In this document: positions 1 to 13,095 of the stretch, in pieces
Position numbering within the stretch: the stretch's first letter is position 1
Layout of the letters: the number at the start of each line of letters is the position of its first letter
Assembly (NCBI RefSeq): GCF_001194135.2
Contig: NC_068992.1
Coordinates: 66,671,950 to 66,735,949, forward strand
DNA length: 64,000 nucleotides
Direction: 5' to 3'
From: Octopus bimaculoides
Lineage: Eukaryota
The notes under the pieces: model-generated
What the model saw: the letters and a program-made list of their open reading frames with translations, nothing else
Databases searched by the model: none
What the model was told of the DNA's origin: nothing
Made by a program: the position numbers and the translations under genes

Positions 1-436
1 CTTCCAGTAATATATTATTGACTTTAATGACAAAAATGATCAACGTTGAGATACTAACAGAGTTCATGGGTTCGCAAAGTGGGTTTGATGGAGATGCCGG
101 TAACTGAATGTAACATTGAGTCGTTAGTAACAAATTCTGGAAAGGCATAAATGTCACATGCGCACATGCACGCCTTCAAATCCATCACCATTTCCATCAT
201 CAAAATCTACCTCTAGGACGACAGTATTGTTGATATGCATCAAAGAAATGTAAAGCAGCAAGAAATCATTACATCATACACACAGAAATAATACGCCATA
301 TTCGACACACCGCATTCGTTATTACGACAATGGAAGACTTTCGACATCTTGGTCGGACTGTCGTCATAGCTGTGAACTTGTGCTTGTCTCTCTTTTTAGA
401 TCTTCGCCATACTTGTTCCTCTTTCTCCTCCTGCTC

Positions 437-700
437 TTACTGCATTTGCTGCTGCTGCTGCTGCTGCTGCACCTCCTCCTCCTCCTTCACCGCCGCCGCC
501 TCCCCACTACCACCACCACCACTTCTTCTTCTTCTTCTTCTTCCACCTCCGCATCTCCTCTGCTCCACGTCCCCTCCTCCTCGTCCCCTCCTCCTCGTCC
601 CCTCCTCCTCGTCCCCTCTTCCTCTTCCCCTCCTCCTCGTCCCCCTCCTCCTCGTCCCTTCCTTCCCCTCCACCTCTTTCTCCTCCTCAGTTTTATATAT
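437..700. repeat. GC-rich low-complexity tract: (GCT)n, (CCA)n, (CTT)n and degenerate TCCTCGTCCCC minisatellite
   Basis: Read directly; the overlapping ORFs here are homopolymeric translations. Confidence 0.85.
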
Positions 701-1562
701 ATTTTATATACTATTATTCCATTGCCATCAATTTTCTGTCATTTTACTCTCCTTACTCTCTTCCCCATCCCCACCATGACCACAACAACAACAACAACAA
801 CACGCGCACACACACCGTACACTCACAAGTTTATTATTTACACGGAGAAACATATTCACATACGCAAAATACTTACGCACAGCAGTCCAAATACACAGGT
901 GGGCATAAAACCACACACACACACGCACACACATACAGAGACACTCACACACACACACACACACGCATGCACACGCGCGCACAGCTGTATACAGACGTAA
1001 TGTCGGCAATAGCAAATATAGCATGTGAAGTCGATAGAAAGACTCACTTTGAATTGTGCAGAGAGAGAGAGTGAGAGAGAGTGAGAGAGAGAGAGGGAGA
1101 GAGAGAGAGTGTGAGAGAGAGAGAGAGAGAGAGAGAGNNNNNNNNNNNNNNNNNNNNNNNNNNNNNNNNNNNNNNNNNNNNNNNNNNNNNNNNNNNNNNN
1201 NNNNNNNNNNNNNNNNNNNNNNNNNNNNNNNNNNNNNNNNNNNNNNNNNNNNNNNNNNNNNNNNNNNNNNNNNNNNNNNNNNNNNNNNNNNNNNNNNNNN
1301 NNNNNNNNNNNNNNNNNNNNNNNNNNNNNNNNNNNNNNNNNNNNNNNNNNNNNNNNNNNNNNNNNNNNNNNNNNNNNNNNNNNNNNNNNNNNNNNNNNNN
1401 NNNNNNNNNNNNNNNNNNNNNNNNNNNNNNNNNNNNNNNNNNNNNNNNNNNNNNNNNNNCTTCAATTCGTCTTCTCTCTTTCCTATTCCTCTCCCTTTTG
1501 TCTTTTTGAAATTTCTCCTCCTCCTCTCTCTCTCTCTCCCTCTCTGTGTGTCCCTCTTGGTT

Positions 1563-1580
1563 TTGTTGCTATAGCAACAA
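1563..1580. promoter_or_regulatory. RFX X-box-type palindrome TTGTTGCTATAGCAACAA
   Basis: Perfect 18-bp palindrome with core GTTGCTATAGCAAC (1565-1578), matching RFX consensus GTTGCYATRGCAAC; function not shown. Confidence 0.55.
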
Positions 1581-1750
1581 TTATAGTGAGCCGCCATCAT
1601 ACTTTCCAGCAGCCTTAAGCTCCACGATTAAAATAAGAATGGGTTTCTTCGTTCTACAGAATCAACGAACCAACAGAATATTTGTTTTACCGTTTTCTTT
1701 TTGATTTGACAGCAGTATATTTGTTTGTTGTTTTGGTCGGTTATGAGTGC

Positions 1751-1830
1751 GAGCACCTCGCACTTGAGTTGCACGTCTCGCACTTGAGTTCGACACCTTG
1801 CACTTGAGCTGCACATCTCGCACTTGACAT
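1751..1830. repeat. 4 x 20-bp tandem repeat with invariant GCACTTGA core (NK2 homeodomain site TCAAGTG on the minus strand)
   Basis: GCACTTGA at 1760, 1780, 1800 and 1820; spacers vary. Confidence 0.85.
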
Positions 1831-2119
1831 GTCTTCATCTCAACACAGAAACAACAAACAAACATGAAAAAAAGAAAAGACACATAGAAAGAAAATTCAA
1901 ATACTAACAGCAATAACATATTAGGTGCCGAAATATCTGCTTTTATAATCTATAAAAGAAGCGCCTGGGGTCAGAGAAAGGGGTCGAAAGGAGTCAAATA
2001 GGTCCTACGATGAAAGTTTCTGTCAATGAAAAGAAGTTTGAACTCATAAAAGTAACCTGAATAATTTCGTTGTTGTAACCTTTCTGTCAACGTTCTTTTA
2101 TCGCAATCGTCTCGGTTCG

Positions 2120-2270
2120 ATACAAGATCAAATCTTGTATATAAGTTGTTCCAAAATCAATGGCAGGATATTACAGGAACTTATCGAAAAAAAAAACAAC
2201 TTTGAATATGGCTGCCCATCATACGAAACAGTTGACAAATGGTTAAGAATTTTATTTAACGGAGGGCAGC
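2120..2270 (+). mobile_element. Possible highly decayed mariner transposase N-terminal (HTH) remnant
   Basis: Translation ...YGCPSYETVDKWLRILFNGG resembles the mariner motif (A/C)PSYxTVxxWxxxFxxG; short and weak. Confidence 0.25.
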
Positions 2271-2555
2271 TGTATTCCAGGCTTGCGGTTCATACCGTCA
2301 CCTCAGCACCAGCAAGATTCTGTATTATACACTTAAGTAACGATGCTCCATTCCACTTAGCTGTAAATAGATACAAAAGAGATGACCATCGCAAGGAGCA
2401 TCTAAATACGCTGTGTGTATATCTAAGCTGCGCCTGTATATATCTAGTTTGACATTTCCAGGAGTTGGATTGAAGGCTGAAGGTCAGATATACACCCGTC
2501 ATAGACCATACTGTGGGTTCAAGGAAAACAACGTGGTTTCTTCAAGCTAATCTGA

Positions 2556-2590
<35 letters not shown>

Positions 2591-2606
2591 TGATGATGAT
2601 GATGAT

Positions 2607-2648
<42 letters not shown>

Positions 2649-2690
2649 GCATTAAAAATGGTTAGAAAAGGTGAACAGTCCTCGCCATCC

Positions 2691-2750
2691 AGATTGGCTG
2701 CCGACATAAAATGCAGTTGATGGTTCTTCAAAAACTCGCAAGATGGCGGC
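2691..2750 (+). promoter_or_regulatory. Promoter-like pair: inverted CCAAT box (AGATTGGCTG) and exact YY1 site CAAGATGGCGGC
   Basis: CCAAT box at 2691-2700 and YY1 consensus at 2739-2750, about 45 bp upstream of ATG 2796. Confidence 0.45.
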
Positions 2751-2795
2751 CACAGGAAAATATCATTAAGGAGGAAATTCCAGAGGGATGATGTT

Positions 2796-3843
2796 ATGGC
2801 GGAAGAAGGAATTCAAAGAGTTGTTACTGTGGTGAATGGGGTTGGCTGTGGAGACAATATGAGTGATGAGAAGAGGAGGAGAAAGAGGAGGAAGAAGGGG
2901 AGAAGANNNNNNNNNNNNNNNNNNNNNNNNNNNNNNNNNNNNNNNNNNNNNNNNNNNNNNNNNNNNNNNNNNNNNNNNNNNNNNNNNNNNNNNNNNNNNN
3001 NNNNNNNNNNNNNNNNNNNNNNNNNNNNNNNNNNNNNNNNNNNNNNNNNNNNNNNNNNNNNNNNNNNNNNNNNNNNNNNNNNNNNNNNNNNNNNNNNNNN
3101 NNNNNNNNNNNNNNNNNNNNNNNNNNNNNNNNNNNNNNNNNNNNNNNNNNNNNNNNNNNNNNNNNNNNNNNNNNNNNNNNNNNNNNNNNNNNNNNNNNNN
3201 NNNNNNNNNNNNNNNNNNNNNNNNNNNNNNNNNNNNNNNNNNNNNNNNNNNNNNNNNNNNNNNNNNNNNNNNNNNNNNNNNNNNNNNNNNNNNNNNNNNN
3301 NNNNNNNNNNNNNNNNNNNNNNNNNNNNNNNNNNNNNNNNNNNNNNNNNNNNNNNNNNNNNNNNNNNNNNNNNNNNNNNNNNNNNNNNNNNNNNNNNNNN
3401 NNNNNNNNNNNNNNNNNNNNNNNNNNNNNNNNNNNNNNNNNNNNNNNNNNNNNNNNNNNNNNNNNNNNNCACCGTACCTCCACCACCACCGCCACCGTAC
3501 CTCCACCACCGCCACACCGCCATCACCATTAATCCCTACCATTAATCCCTCCCTCCTTTCCATTATTATGACCGCGAATACCATCCCTGCATTGATCACC
3601 GACATCTCATCCAACACTACTACTACCACCGCTCTACCACAACCACCACAGCCATCTTCGCGTCCACCATCGCTGCACCATATCAACATAATCACCGAAT
3701 ACCTTAAACACGACGACGACGACGATTATAGCAAGCAGCACCGGGCGACAATTGCCACCACCACCACCGCCGCCAGCACCATAGGACAACGACTACGACG
3801 ACTACCAGTACTACTACCACCACCAGCCAATATTAATCACAAG
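2796..3843 (+). CDS. Candidate first coding exon of an unidentified gene, interrupted by an N-gap (MAEEGIQRVVTVVNGVGCGDNMSDEKRRRKRRKK... then a T/P/H-rich frame ending ...ANINHK)
   Basis: ATG in gttATGG context after CCAAT/YY1; frame open after the gap from 3471; strong phase-0 donor AAG|GTGAGC at 3843/3844; frame across the gap cannot be verified; no recognisable domain. Confidence 0.3.
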
Positions 3844-4431
3844 GTGAGCAACCATGACAAGTTCCCAGTGAATACAACATCAGCATCATCACCACTATAA
3901 CAGCCATCGTCATCACCACCACCACCACCTCCACCACTACCAATACACCACAAACACAGCAGCTAAAACAAGCTCTACTGTTACCACCACCACCACCACT
4001 CTTCGCCGCCCCCATTAATTTACAATTCCCTCAAAACAGCCATCATTCATACGTTGTCCGTGTAATTTGTCGCTTTGCATCAACAAATGCGCTAAGCTGC
4101 TAAGTCTAATGTATTTGAAGCCGTCAGATCTAAAGCAGAACTTCGTTAAGGACCCAAGTATTAAGAAATTGCTGTCAATTTTAGCCGAGTAATGTAACAA
4201 TTAGGTGGAATTAAGCGACGGCTTTGTCTTATATGAAGAATGCGATTTATTTGAGTAACGCAGTGCAGAAGAGGCTCACCGACAAAAGACATTGGCTTTA
4301 ATTAGTCGACCACACATCGACACACACACATACATACATGCACTCTCTCCCTCTCATATCTGTGTGTATGTATATATATGCATATACATACTTATATAAA
4401 TATAAATATAGATAGATGCATACATACGTAC

Positions 4432-4472
<41 letters not shown>

Positions 4473-5319
4473 NNNNNNNNNNNNNNNNNNNNNNNNNNNN
4501 NNNNNNNNNNNNNNNNNNNNNNNNNNNNNNNNNNNNNNNNNNNNNNNNNNNNNNNNNNNNNNNNNNNNNNNNNNNNNNNNNNNNNNNNNNNNNNNNNNNN
4601 NNNNNNNNNNNNNNNNNNNNNNNNNNNNNNNNNNNNNNNNNNNNNNNNNNNNNNNNNNNNNNNNNNNNNNNNNNNNNNNNNNNNNNNNNNNNNNNNNNNN
4701 NNNNNNNNNNNNNNNNNNNNNNNNNNNNNNNNNNNNNNNNNNNNNNNNNNNNNNNNNNNNNNNNNNNNNNNNNNNNNNNNNNNNNNNNNNNNNNNNNNNN
4801 NNNNNAACGTGTGTGTGCGTATGTATGTATGTGTGTGTGTGTGTGTGCATGGTTTGGTGGTTTATCTGTTAGTGTGTTTGTGTGTGTGTGTGTGTGTATG
4901 ACGTAGTGGAAGAAATTAGTAGCAGGACTGGTTAGTGGACGCTTATAGACAGTGTAGGTAGAAGGTCAACAGGTGGTTTTTTGAGTATGTGTGTGTTCGT
5001 GTTTGTGTGGGGCTGTAAGTGTTGGGTACGTGTACGTGTGTGTGTGTATTTTGTATGTGCGCGTGTGTGTATGTGTATGTTTTTGTGCGTGCGTGTGTGT
5101 TTGTGTGTATGTGTATGTTGTGTATATATATGTATGTGTATGCACATATATACATATATGTATATATGTTTGAATATAATTGTTCAATCTTGAAATAAAA
5201 CGGAACAATGATATACATACATACATACACACACACATATACATACATATAGATGTATATGCATATATATGTGTGTATACGTATATACATACATATTTAT
5301 ACATATATATATGTATACA

Positions 5320-5368
<49 letters not shown>

Positions 5369-5378
5369 NNNNNNNNNN

Positions 5379-5426
<48 letters not shown>

Positions 5427-5489
5427 CATCACTTATTTTATTATTTTGGTGCGTGACTTTTGACCTACCCTGTACAAAAAAAAAAATGG

Positions 5490-6240
5490 GAAAAGGAAAC
5501 TATTTCTCCTTTTACGTGCAAGAAGACTGGAAGAGGTACCATGACGATTGCTTCAGCCTATGGAATGAAAGCACAGAGAAACTAAAGGAATTTGAAACAC
5601 TTCGCAATAGAATTAATGAAAATATTTAATTCCCCATGGAATGCAGCCATAATGCAACTCGCATTTTTAGACATCTTTATAAAGAAAGTTAACAACGAAA
5701 TAGAGACCGATATTTACTATGAACCTTCGGAGTCCGGACAAAATAGCTTCCATTCAATCCTTGCCATCCATGACATACCAGAATGAATGTAGCCTAGTCG
5801 AAAGGAATTGTTCAGTAGTGTCTGATACAAACATCTGTGACATAGGACTCCGGGAACTGAAGGATTCATTCCTTGACAGGAATTACCCATCGCCCTTAAT
5901 CGATAATCGAATTGAACGAGTCCAGAAATTCAGTATACAGAAAAACAATGAAGTCTATAACATCATATTTCATAACATACTGCTACAACAAAAGGACTAC
6001 AGGATGGGGCAAATCCTCCAAAGGCACATCCCATCATAAGGAGTAAAAGACGATGCAAAGTAATGGCCAAAATAGAAGCAGGGGCCAGGCTCCACGCAAT
6101 AACAACAAGACCAACAACAAAAAATGCTGAAGACACAGCCGTGGTGTATATTTTAATGTGACGAAGGAATCAAGAGATCCGTTTTAAAGAAGAATAACTC
6201 TTTACATTAGAATTAACTTCACCCGTGCTTCTCAATATCT
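5490..6240 (+). mobile_element. Degenerate Penelope-like retroelement fragment (RT palm/thumb to GIY-YIG C-terminus)
   Basis: WKRYHDDCFSLW (RYxDD catalytic motif, 5528-5563), FLDIFI...IETDIYYEP, LKDSFLDRNYP and terminal EE*LFTLELTSPVLLN resembling the PLE end motif; stops and frameshifts. Confidence 0.85.
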
Positions 6241-6278
6241 AATCTATTTAATATGTGGGAAGGATACATTTGATAGAC

Positions 6279-6310
<32 letters not shown>

Positions 6311-8258
6311 GCATATATATATATATGTGTATATATNNNNNNNNNNNNNNNNNNNNNNNNNNNNNNNNNNNNNNNNNNNNNNNNNNNNNNNNNNNNNNNN
6401 NNNNNNNNNNNNNNNNNNNNNNNNNNNNNNNNNNNNNNNNNNNNNNNNNNNNNNNNNNNNNNNNNNNNNNNNNNNNNNNNNNNNNNNNNNNNNNNNNNNN
6501 NNNNNNNNNNNNNNNNNNNNNNNNNNNNNNNNNNNNNNNNNNNNNNNNNNNNNNNNNNNNNNNNNNNNNNNNNNNNNNNNNNNNNNNNNNNNNNNNNNNN
6601 NNNNNNNNNNNNNNNNNNNNNNNNNNNNNNNNNNNNNNNNNNNNNNNNNNNNNNNNNNNNNNNNNNNNNNNNNNNNNNNNNNNNNNNNNNNNNNNNNNNN
6701 NNNNNNNNNNNNNNNNNNNNNNNNNNNNNNNNNNNNNNNNNNNNNNNNNNNTATATATATATAGTCACGTGCCCTTGAATTCCTGATTAAGGAATCCTAT
6801 TATAATACACAGCGGTGTGTCTGTTTTTCAATCAGATCAATTTTTCATCCATCTATATACATATGCATGTACGTATGTGTCTACATATATCTGTCTGTAT
6901 GAGTTTATGTGCGTTTGTGTTTGCGTATGTGTGCACGTATACACACGCGCGCACAGATAAATATACGTCCCGCTCTCAATCATCTTCGAATGAGCTTAGG
7001 TTAGTGCACAACTACACACACATTGACATACATGCATAACTACATACATACATGCATACATACATACATACATACATACATACATAGATACATGCATACA
7101 TAGATACATGCATACATACGTACATACATTCATATATCCATACATAATTACAAACCTCCACAAACACACTTCCAGAGACAGCCATAGATATCTAATTAAG
7201 AGAGAGACTTGTAATAAACCTACAGCCGATATATCATCGAACAAGATGATATTAATGACAGATTAATGTGAGGTCTTTATTGATGAACAGTCAGATTGTA
7301 ATTGCTTCTACCTCACTGGATTAATCACTCGATACTGGTTGGTGCCAATCACTTCTGTAGGTTTTCATCCTTAACTAGTTGACAGTATTTTAGACATTCC
7401 GCTGTGTTATCCAACAATTACACTGAACAGATAATCTGGTTCGAATTAGTCATAAATGTAAAAATCTTTATCTCAGTCCATTAATTCACTCAGTGAGTAT
7501 CGATTTGGCTATGAAATAAATTTACTTTCCATAGCTAATCTGTTCTCTCAGCATCTGTGAAGAAACACACAAACGATTTAAATATCTTTAAGCATCGGTA
7601 TTCTTCATCTCTCTGCTTTTCATAAATATATTAAGTGTTTATGTAAGAACTCATAAATATAAAACACACACGGGCACTGGCACTCACACATACATTCATC
7701 TTGTTAATGTATCTGTCTTTCTTTGTGTACGTACAATGCATACAGACATATACTTATACTCCCCCCCCCCCCCACACACTCATACAGCAGCTAATACTCG
7801 CAAGAGAGTATGATTCAGAAGAATTTACAATGCTTTTATTTATTGCCTTCGATACGCGTAAGTTAGCAACAAGGTACAGACTTCCGGTCAGCCCTTTAAG
7901 CCTTGACCTCGCTGAGCATCTCAGATGCGGTAGCCGTGAGGTGAAAGGGCAGTTTTGTCAGTGAGCTGGAACGTTTTATGTCGCCTCTCAGCGTTACATA
8001 ATTATAAATGTGAAATTTAGTACAACAGCGTCCAAACGGACCACAGACGAGATTGTGAGATACCAAAGAACTACAAAATACAAACACATTTATGGACGAT
8101 AGCATTAACACATATCAACACAATTAAATATATACAACAGATACAATTAGCATCATCACACAATATATACGCACACAGACACACACGCATACTCTATATA
8201 TGTATGCAAACATACACTCACACATATACATTCACAGATACCAAAAGATTCACCCTCC

Positions 8259-8317
<59 letters not shown>

Positions 8318-9291
8318 GGGATGGTATTATCAAAATACCATCACGAGTGGCAAGCGAATTATCAGCCGTACAGGCAAATTAAAATATATACATACAATAT
8401 TAGATATGTACTTATATACACAAGGGCACCATATGAGCACCTACATCGCTAAAATAGAAGACAAAAATATTTCTGAACCAGTCACAAATGTATTACATAC
8501 ATGATAGGAAATAAATATCAGTGAACAGTAATAGCGTCTTACTTCTACTAGGTCAGAACAGGTAAATGCTGGTCAACTTGGTACCGGTTTCGAAATTTAG
8601 CGTCAAATAGGTGCCTGATTTCTCATCAGCCAAAGTATGCCAGATAATTATTTTACATTTGGATTTTCAAAGTTTAACGCGATATACCACATTGATATTG
8701 AGCACTAATATATTTGATTTTATGTCGTGTTTAAGCAGAACATCATAGTGTTATGTGTGTTTGTGTGTGTATGTACATAGGGAGAGAAGAAGAGAAAGAG
8801 TGAAGGAGAGAGAGAGAGAGAGAGAGAGAGCAAGAGAGACAGAGAGATTTCAAATCGTAGCTATGCAATTGAAGAGGACAGAGTAGAATTGGTTATGTAA
8901 GTTATTAGATGTGAATAATTGGCAACAGATAAACCTCCTTCATCCGTTAATATATGGAAGATGTATTGAATCTCAAACAATAAGATGTGAAATATATTTT
9001 TTATATATATTTTTTTGGTATATTTCCATTGAAACAATTGAAATAATCTAGATTATGTGTGTGTGTTTGTGTGTGCGCGTGTGTGTGCGTTTGTGTACTC
9101 GCGTTTGTGTATGTGTGTGTATATACTCACACAACAAACACATATGTAAGTATATGTGTATATATGTATGTATGTATGCATGTGTGTATGTGTGTGTATA
9201 TATATATATAGGCAGACACAGAAGGTATAATTATTATATATGCACATGATTTATATACATATTATATGTATATGCATATGTATATGTATAT

Positions 9292-9356
<65 letters not shown>

Positions 9357-9649
9357 CACACACACATACATGTATATGAATATCTGTGTACGTGTGTTAC
9401 CACACTCTAAGTGAATGTACACGCCAAGAAAGTTCATATATATATTTATACACACACACACACANNNNNNNNNNNNNNNNNNNNNNNNNNNNNNNNNNNN
9501 NNNNNNNNNNNNNNNNNNNNNNNNNNNNNNNNNNNNNNNNNNNNNNNNNNNNNNNNNNNNNNNNNNNNNNNNNNNNNNNNNNNNNNNNNNNNNNNNNNNN
9601 NNNNNNNNNNNNNNNNNNNNNNNNNNNNNNNNNNNNNNNNNNNNNNNNN

Positions 9650-9696
<47 letters not shown>

Positions 9697-10558
9697 GCAT
9701 GTATACATGCACATATTTGCATGTGTTGCTATGTGTTTTTCTGTATGCATGTGCATGTGTGTCATAGTGTTTGTAAACGCAGAAGAAGTCTATTTTGTCG
9801 GTTGTTTTCTGTTGAAATCCAATTTAACGTTATCTTGAAAGTCTCTAAGTAACATACATAAAGCATGACTAGAATTATAGCTCAGCACAGCAGCTCACAC
9901 CAGGAAATATTTTCTCCCTAAAGTATGGAAAACTTAAAGCTTTTTGTAAGCGAAGCACAGCAATCGGATTAATATTACAACGTATCTATGAAGCCTGATA
10001 GAGGCTTAGATTAATATGCTTGAAGGATATACCAATAACAGCAGGAAAATCATTGAAGACGAAAATATATTCTTATATAACAGCAGTGTAAGAACGGAAC
10101 ACTCTAAAACCTGTATATACAGCATAATTTACACGTCGAATGAATTGTAAAATGTACAGATTAGAGGTGGCGTTGGGGGGAAGACACTGGATTCCTGGAT
10201 CATTATTTCGAAAGTTTTAGTAGCATTCCATTGGATTTCAAGATAGAACGGTTTTGTAAGATTTTAAAATTTAAGATAAATAATCTAAGTCCTTAAAAAC
10301 TGATTTAAAACAGTTTTAAAGTCAACCCAAAATGCAATCTCCCTCTGAAAAAAAAAAAAAAGAAAACCAACAAAAATTTCACCGAATAATTATCAAAACT
10401 CTACGTATCAATTTTTCTATGGCAATTAATTCTTCACATTGTTTCGTACAGCTTAATTTTTCGTTTACCATGTCTAGTTCTTAATTTAATAATTCTTGGA
10501 AATATATTTCATGTAAACTTATTAAATTCAAACCTTCACACACACACACACACGCACA

Positions 10559-10609
<51 letters not shown>

Positions 10610-10847
10610 ATGCATTTATCTGCTAACTGAGAAATCATAACAAAGGAACGAGAAGCGTCTAAGGCACATATTTCCAAAATACAAGTCTTTGAATTTTGTT
10701 ACCTATGATTCTGAGCAATAATTTTTCTCTGTTACCTTTCAAGGATTTATTGCAGTATATAAACACCGACAGCTAATACATGCATACATAATACATACAT
10801 ACATACATACATACATACATACACACACACATGCATGCATGCATACA

Positions 10848-10883
<36 letters not shown>

Positions 10884-10901
10884 TGTATATATACACATAC
10901 A

Positions 10902-10972
<71 letters not shown>

Positions 10973-13059
10973 ACACAGGTAAATATATTTATGAATGTAC
11001 ATCGACATGTGTATGTGTATGTGTGTGTTTGTGTTTGTGTATGCATACACACATATATATGTATGGATGCGTGATTAATAATGTTCTCGCATTGCTCGAA
11101 GACCTTACATGAGAGAGAAACAAATGTAGCCAGCGTTCCACCTTTTTACAGACCTTCATCATTTGCGCCGTTCATCAATTGTGATTTCTTTACTTTATTG
11201 CTGACATTGCTCTTTCAATGCAACAAAGCAACTATATCTATACAGACATACGTATATATATATATATATATATATATATATNNNNNNNNNNNNNNNNNNN
11301 NNNNNNNNNNNNNNNNNNNNNNNNNNNNNNNNNNNNNNNNNNNNNNNNNNNNNNNNNNNNNNNNNNNNNNNNNNNNNNNNNNNNNNNNNNNNNNNNNNNN
11401 NNNNNNNNNNNNNNNNNNNNNNNNNNNNNNNNNNNNNNNNNNNNNNNNNNNNNNNNNNNNNNNNNNNNNNNNNNNNNNNNNNNNNNNNNNNNNNNNNNNN
11501 NNNNNNNNNNNNNNNNNNNNNNNNNNNNNNNNNNNNNNNNNNNNNNNNNNNNNNNNNNNNNNNNNNNNNNNNNNNNNNNNNNNNNNNNNNNNNNNNNNNN
11601 NNNNNNNNNNNNNNNNNNNNNNNNNNNNNNNNNATATATATACATATATATATTTATATATATATATATGTCTATAGAGAAAGAAAAACATCTGCGAGTC
11701 CATTATTCTTAAAATGAAACAAACAACCAATTTACCATTATAAAATGACTGTATTTACCGTATCAATTGTTTCATTAGATTTTGAAATAAACATCTTTAT
11801 AAATTTATCCAGATGAATATCTTGAACTTTATCCTTCGATAACTAAATATTTGCTCCAAAACACATTAGTTTTCGACAAGAAATATTTCAATTATTGATT
11901 CTGATATAAAAATATTCATGCGTGCAAGACGATTATTGCTTCCTTTCGATACCGATCAATAAGTAAAGAAGAATGATACGAATTGTTTTTATGTAGTGAA
12001 GGGGAGCCCAGTCTGTGCGGAGATCTATGAATTTATTGAGTCTCATATATATTATATTTATCGTATAATATGTTTATTAATTTACATTGTAGCATGGGGG
12101 TTCATTTATATTCGGTTTATGAATACCCAACAGATAAAGTCTGAAAAGATTTCTTTGTTATTGAAAGACTAACACATAAAAATTACTATTGATACAAAAT
12201 TATTTAGTTTAAAATGTTAGACATTATCTTAGGTAAACGTTATCATCAGAGTAACCATGGTTGTTGTCTTTGTATTAAAGAAAAACGAATATTTTTTTCT
12301 TCTAGGGATTGAACAGGAAACACCGTTTAGACTAATATCTTGTTTCACCACAAAGGCAAATATAAGTAGAAATATTTGAAAATGACTGACAGTGAAACGC
12401 CAGACAGCTTTGACCCAAACTTTTACTCACCGAAAACAAATTTAAAATTGCCTTTTGTAAATCTATATCCAATATTCAAAGCGTTTGTTGTCATAAATCG
12501 GAAGTTTTCGTTGAAATATTTCAAAATACGCAGCAGGTGAAATGTTGGCAGCCATGTTCTTTATTGCGACAACTAAATCGAAAACTTCTCTATTGTTAAC
12601 GGACATATTCGATGGTCTTCATTTCATATATAAACATAAAATCGTTTGATTTAATTTCATTTGCTGCTTAGGAGTTGGCAAAACATAAAACTTTACAGAC
12701 ACAGTTGGTAAAGTTTCTGCTTAACATAAATTTTATTGTATTATTGAATATCAATGTATTGAGTTCGTTTCATCTCCACCGTTTTACCGTGTTGTATATA
12801 AACACATACACAAATACACATATAAACCCACACGTGTGTGTGTGTGTACACGACATTGAAAACGATGAGAAGGAAAAAGAAGAAATAAAAGAAAAACAGT
12901 AAAGATGAAAATGAATATATAAATTTTCTTTTTCATCTTCATCTCTTTACAATGTTACATATATATGCGTGTGTGTGTGTTTGTGAATAGGTATATATGA
13001 ATATGTATATGCACGTGTATGTATGTCTGTTGTATGTATGCACATATATATGTATGTAC

Positions 13060-13095
<36 letters not shown>

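Noticed and set aside
1751-1830. Repeat-spacer appearance suggesting a CRISPR-like array
   Set aside because: Units are 20 bp with related spacers, the context is eukaryotic, and there are no cas genes
2296-2360. Minus-strand exon-like segment (A)KWNGASLLKCIIQNLAGAEVT resembling the B-C strands of a Dpr/lachesin Ig domain
   Set aside because: Has AG/GT ends, but no phase-compatible upstream exon (FNPTPGNV... ends in the wrong phase at a weak GC donor) and no following VxW exon found; it also overlaps a possible mariner remnant
5453-5474. GTGACTTTTGACCTACCCTGTA, resembling a Tc1/mariner TIR end
   Set aside because: Only 22 bp, with no partner TIR or transposase nearby
7308-7315. let-7 8-mer target site CTACCTCA
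   Set aside because: One 8-mer is expected by chance in 64 kb, and no 3' UTR context is established
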